This document shows, one piece after another, positions 60,636 through 64,000 of a DNA stretch of 64,000 nucleotides (its first letter is position 1; each line of letters begins with the position of its first letter). The notes under the pieces are model-generated. The model saw only the letters and a list, made by a program, of their open reading frames with translations, did no database searches and was not told the origin of the DNA. A program made the position numbers and the translations under genes. Source of the DNA: Callorhinchus milii (Eukaryota); the NCBI RefSeq assembly GCF_018977255.1, contig NW_024704743.1, positions 43,588,001 through 43,652,000 of the forward strand. Reading direction: 5' to 3'.

Positions 60636-61519
60636 GCTACAATGTTTTAATTGATATAACTATAGAATTACTCCCAATGGATACTCTGAGATCCCCAGGT
60701 GGACTTTTGTCAACCTTGGCCAGGTACTTTTTTGGATTAAGTAAGCAGGGTGCATCCCTTTGGGGATGAGAGTGCCCTTTCCAGATAAGGAGAATTTTCT
60801 ATGCATATGCGAACTCTCAGTCATTTGGTTTTGACGCTGTTTAACGTGGGGGTAGGTTTCTGTGTGTGTCAGGCCCATTCCCAGTTGACCAAAAACAGGT
60901 CAGGCTTGAAGATCCACTGCACAAACACTGATAGGCACTTTTTCTGGTGGTTGTGGCATGTAAGTGTTGTACGAAACCGATTCGGAACGTTGTTTATATT
61001 GCCAGCATGTTATTAAGAGAAGCTCAGAGTAAACAGCTCTTATCATGTGTTCCGTTGGCCCAATAGCTGTACCTCCTGCCGACCTACATTCACAGCTTAA
61101 CTTTGTGTGACACTGTTCATTACCATGCATCTCAGGACTCTGATTTAACTGTTCCGATGTGAATTATTTTACCTGCATTTAGTGTGTAATTTAATTATGA
61201 CTGTCACTCTCTATACTTAAAATACTATGATTTCAATTATCTGATTATTTTGTTAGACACTACTCAAGGTAAATTGAACATGGCATCAAATAAATACCAA
61301 TTCAGAGCAAGTGTTTTCTGCTAAACTTACCATGCTGGGCAATAGGCAGTGGATACCATTCACATCCAGAGATTTGATTTGCTGATTTGCAAGTTGCATA
61401 TCCCCTCTGCAAAACTCTCTTTATTGATGGTTCTTTATATCTGTCAGATCGGTAACATTGTTTCATTCATTTTTTGGTAGTTTTAACACCTTGGTCCTAT
61501 TCCATACTCTCCAGGTACC

Positions 61520-61910
61520 AACTCATCTACCACCTACTCTAATTCTCCACGTTGCTGGCACAGATTGCCACCTTCCAGCTTTGCTCCTTACTTGACTTCC
61601 ACACTCCCTCTTCGAACCCCTCCAATCTGGTACCCAACCCGTCCACAACGCTGAGACTGCTATAATTAAAATCATCAATGACATTCTCTCTCTCTACAAC
61701 CAGCCCTACCTTTGACTCCTTGTTCTCCTCGACCTCTCTGATGTCTTTGACACCATCACCCACTTCATCCTTCTCCACTCTCTCTGCTCATCCCCATCAT
61801 CACTTGGTTCCATTAGCTGCCTATTCTCCAATGGATCAAATTCAAGGTCCTTGTCCTCATTTTCAAATTCCTCCCCCATCCTACCTCTGTGACCTATCTC
61901 TTATCTCCTC
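61520..61910 (+). mobile_element. Old L2 RT fragments
   Basis: 'gaacccctccaatctgg...acaacgctgagactgctata', 'ctcctcgacctctctgatgtctttgacacc' (degenerate LDLS..FDT), 'atcaaattcaaggtcctt'. Confidence 0.6.
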
Positions 61911-62985
61911 TAGCTGCTGTAGTTTTTCAATTTTTAATTTGATAAAGAACTAAAGTAAAATCACGCCAACCATTTGGAAAACATGAAAGCACAGACTTTC
62001 CCAGAAGATAGCATGAAGCAGGCCATGTCCTGCAAGATAGTGCTGCCTCCAATTAAACAACAATGGATAAAGAAAGAAGCAAACAGCGGCAAAGGACTTG
62101 CCGCCTAAAAGGAGCCAAGTCAAAACTGAATTGTTCCCTTGAGTTTATTAAATGTTCTTATTGTTGACTCTCATAGCAAAGAGAGAAGCCAAAACACAAA
62201 CTCAAATTAACATTGATTTCTCCCAAACCTTCCCTGCAGAGTCGCTTTGCTCAGATGCCGACTCATTTTCGCTGACATTGAGTCCGATAGCTTTCACACA
62301 AAAGCAATGTCAAAAGGTGAGTTAGCAGAAGGAACAGGTAATAAACTAAAAGAATTGCAAGTCATTCCACAGAATGCAATCACATTTCTCCAGCTTAACT
62401 GCTGGCAGTGAAAAGACAGAACAAAGTGATAAATGATCACTTTCACTTTCTTTGAAGATAAACTTTTTAATTAACTTTTAAAAAGTTGAAGCAAATTGGC
62501 TATACAAAGAACTAATGTGCATGGCAACAGGCCAGTCATATTCAGTAAATGTGACTGAAAATTGTACTCAAATTTTATGTCACTGCTAAACTTGGCCCAC
62601 AGTCTTATCAGTATCAGGTAGCTGTTTAAGCATTATCAGGGTATTAAATAAAAAGCATGTGGAATTTTAAAAAATAAAAATTCAGTTTATCTAGCAAGGC
62701 AAAGCCATAAAGAGAGGAGTGGTGGCGAGGAGTGGGGGAGAAATAAACCTTCTTGTGCTCATCAAGGTTTTAGAACTGCTAAAAGTGTCAGCTTCAAATA
62801 CTCTCAGGTCACTATGACAAGAGGTAGATGCCCCAACAGGTGAGAAATTCCAACATCTAACCCAATACGTGACCAAATTCCCTTCAAAAGACCTGTTTTA
62901 TCCCGACTTCCTGCTACACTTCCTCACATAATTGTGTAACAAACAATACTCTGTTATTTTGTTCAGTGAGGAACAGTCAGTCTTT

Positions 62986-63325
62986 GTCTACAGTCCTATT
63001 GGTTAGAGCACTCACCTGGCAAGCAAGAGGCCCTGGGTTCGATTCCCAGGCAAGCAAAATGTTAGGCATGTTTCCTTACTCCACACGCCTCTATTTTCAC
63101 CCACTACACTCTGAACCTCTGGAACACTCTCCCTCAATCCCTCCGCATTGCCCCCTCTCTTCCCCTTTTCAAAACTTTCCTCTTCGACCGTGCTTATGGC
63201 CACCTTCCCTCACATCCCGCTCCGCCCCCCCCCACCCCTGGCTTGGGGTCAGGTTCCGCCACTGTTAAGTACTCTGAGATGCTACCCTGTATGGAGGGCG
63301 CTTATAAGGGCAAGTTGTTGTTGTT
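62986..63325 (+). mobile_element. SINE tRNA head (to ~63092) directly followed by an L2 3' end
   Basis: 'ggttagagcactc...gggttcgattccc...ccttactccacacgcct', then 'ctctggaacactctccct...gagggcgcttataagggcaagttgttgttg'. Confidence 0.65.
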
Positions 63326-63409
63326 TATCCAGCATTAAATAATTGCCCGGCTGTTAGTTGATTGGCAGATTGCTTTTCCAGGGGTAATAATCCCTTCCAA
63401 AAAAAATGT

Positions 63410-63596
63410 TTTAAAATAATAATTTGGTTACTCAATCCATGACTGTTTGTGGGACACTGCTGTGCACAATTGGCTACTGAGTTTCGCCCACAAAATATGC
63501 AGTCAATTAACTTTACAGTATATTCTGTGAATCGCTTTGAGACATCTTGAAGACCTGATAAGGCGCATATCAAATGCAAGAATTATTATTATTATT
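63410..63596 (+). mobile_element. SINE 3' half
   Basis: 'gactgtttgtgggacactgctgtg...atcaaatgcaagaattattattatt'. Confidence 0.8.
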
Positions 63597-64000
63597 TCAG
63601 CAGAAACCTGATGTACCTTTATTTTGCTTTATTAGACAATTGTGATTCTCCTGAGGTCCCAGATAAATAATGAGTTTGCAAAAGCTGGCAAGAGTTCTCT
63701 TGTTCCTCAGTTATTTCGAAATTCAGGGAGTTAACATCTATCATTTCAAAATGCCACAGAACAAAATAAGACATGGACTATTAGTCACTAAAACTTGACT
63801 GAATAATCTCAGAGACTGGTTTGATTATTGACTATGTGCAAGCTATTATCATTTGTGCTGGTTCATTGAACAAGGTTGAATGTACTTTATGGAGAAAAGA
63901 AAGAGCATAATTTATCCTGAAGTTTGATTATGTCCTGACTATCAGCACTCCCAGGTATTCATGCTTAAAAGCAAAGCTATATATGTTTGCAGGCTGCACT

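Overview
Vertebrate nuclear DNA with no prokaryotic features, operon or CRISPR. The repeat landscape (tRNA-Ala-headed SINEs with L2-type tails, DeuSINE/SacSINE1-like SINEs, CR1, L2 and Penelope-like retroelements) suggests a cartilaginous fish, possibly a chimaera; this is an inference. The only host coding sequence I can support is one 111-nt internal exon on the minus strand (25789-25899) of a ZNF385-family gene, best match ZNF385D, so the window is most likely two large introns around this exon. The long ORFs are retroelement remnants: CR1 endonuclease/RT, L2 RT C-terminus and a Penelope GIY-YIG domain. The most interesting signal is at retroelement 5' junctions. Most young SINE and CR1 insertions carry extra patchwork DNA between the upstream flank and the element. 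Examples: a perfect 145-bp inverted self-copy, an inverted tail, snippets templated from the flanks, a 121-bp copy of nearby DNA, a captured CpG-rich fragment, and an identical 39-bp unknown sequence in front of two SINEs 32 kb apart. Coordinates were counted by hand, and boundaries of old repeats are approximate (tens of bp).
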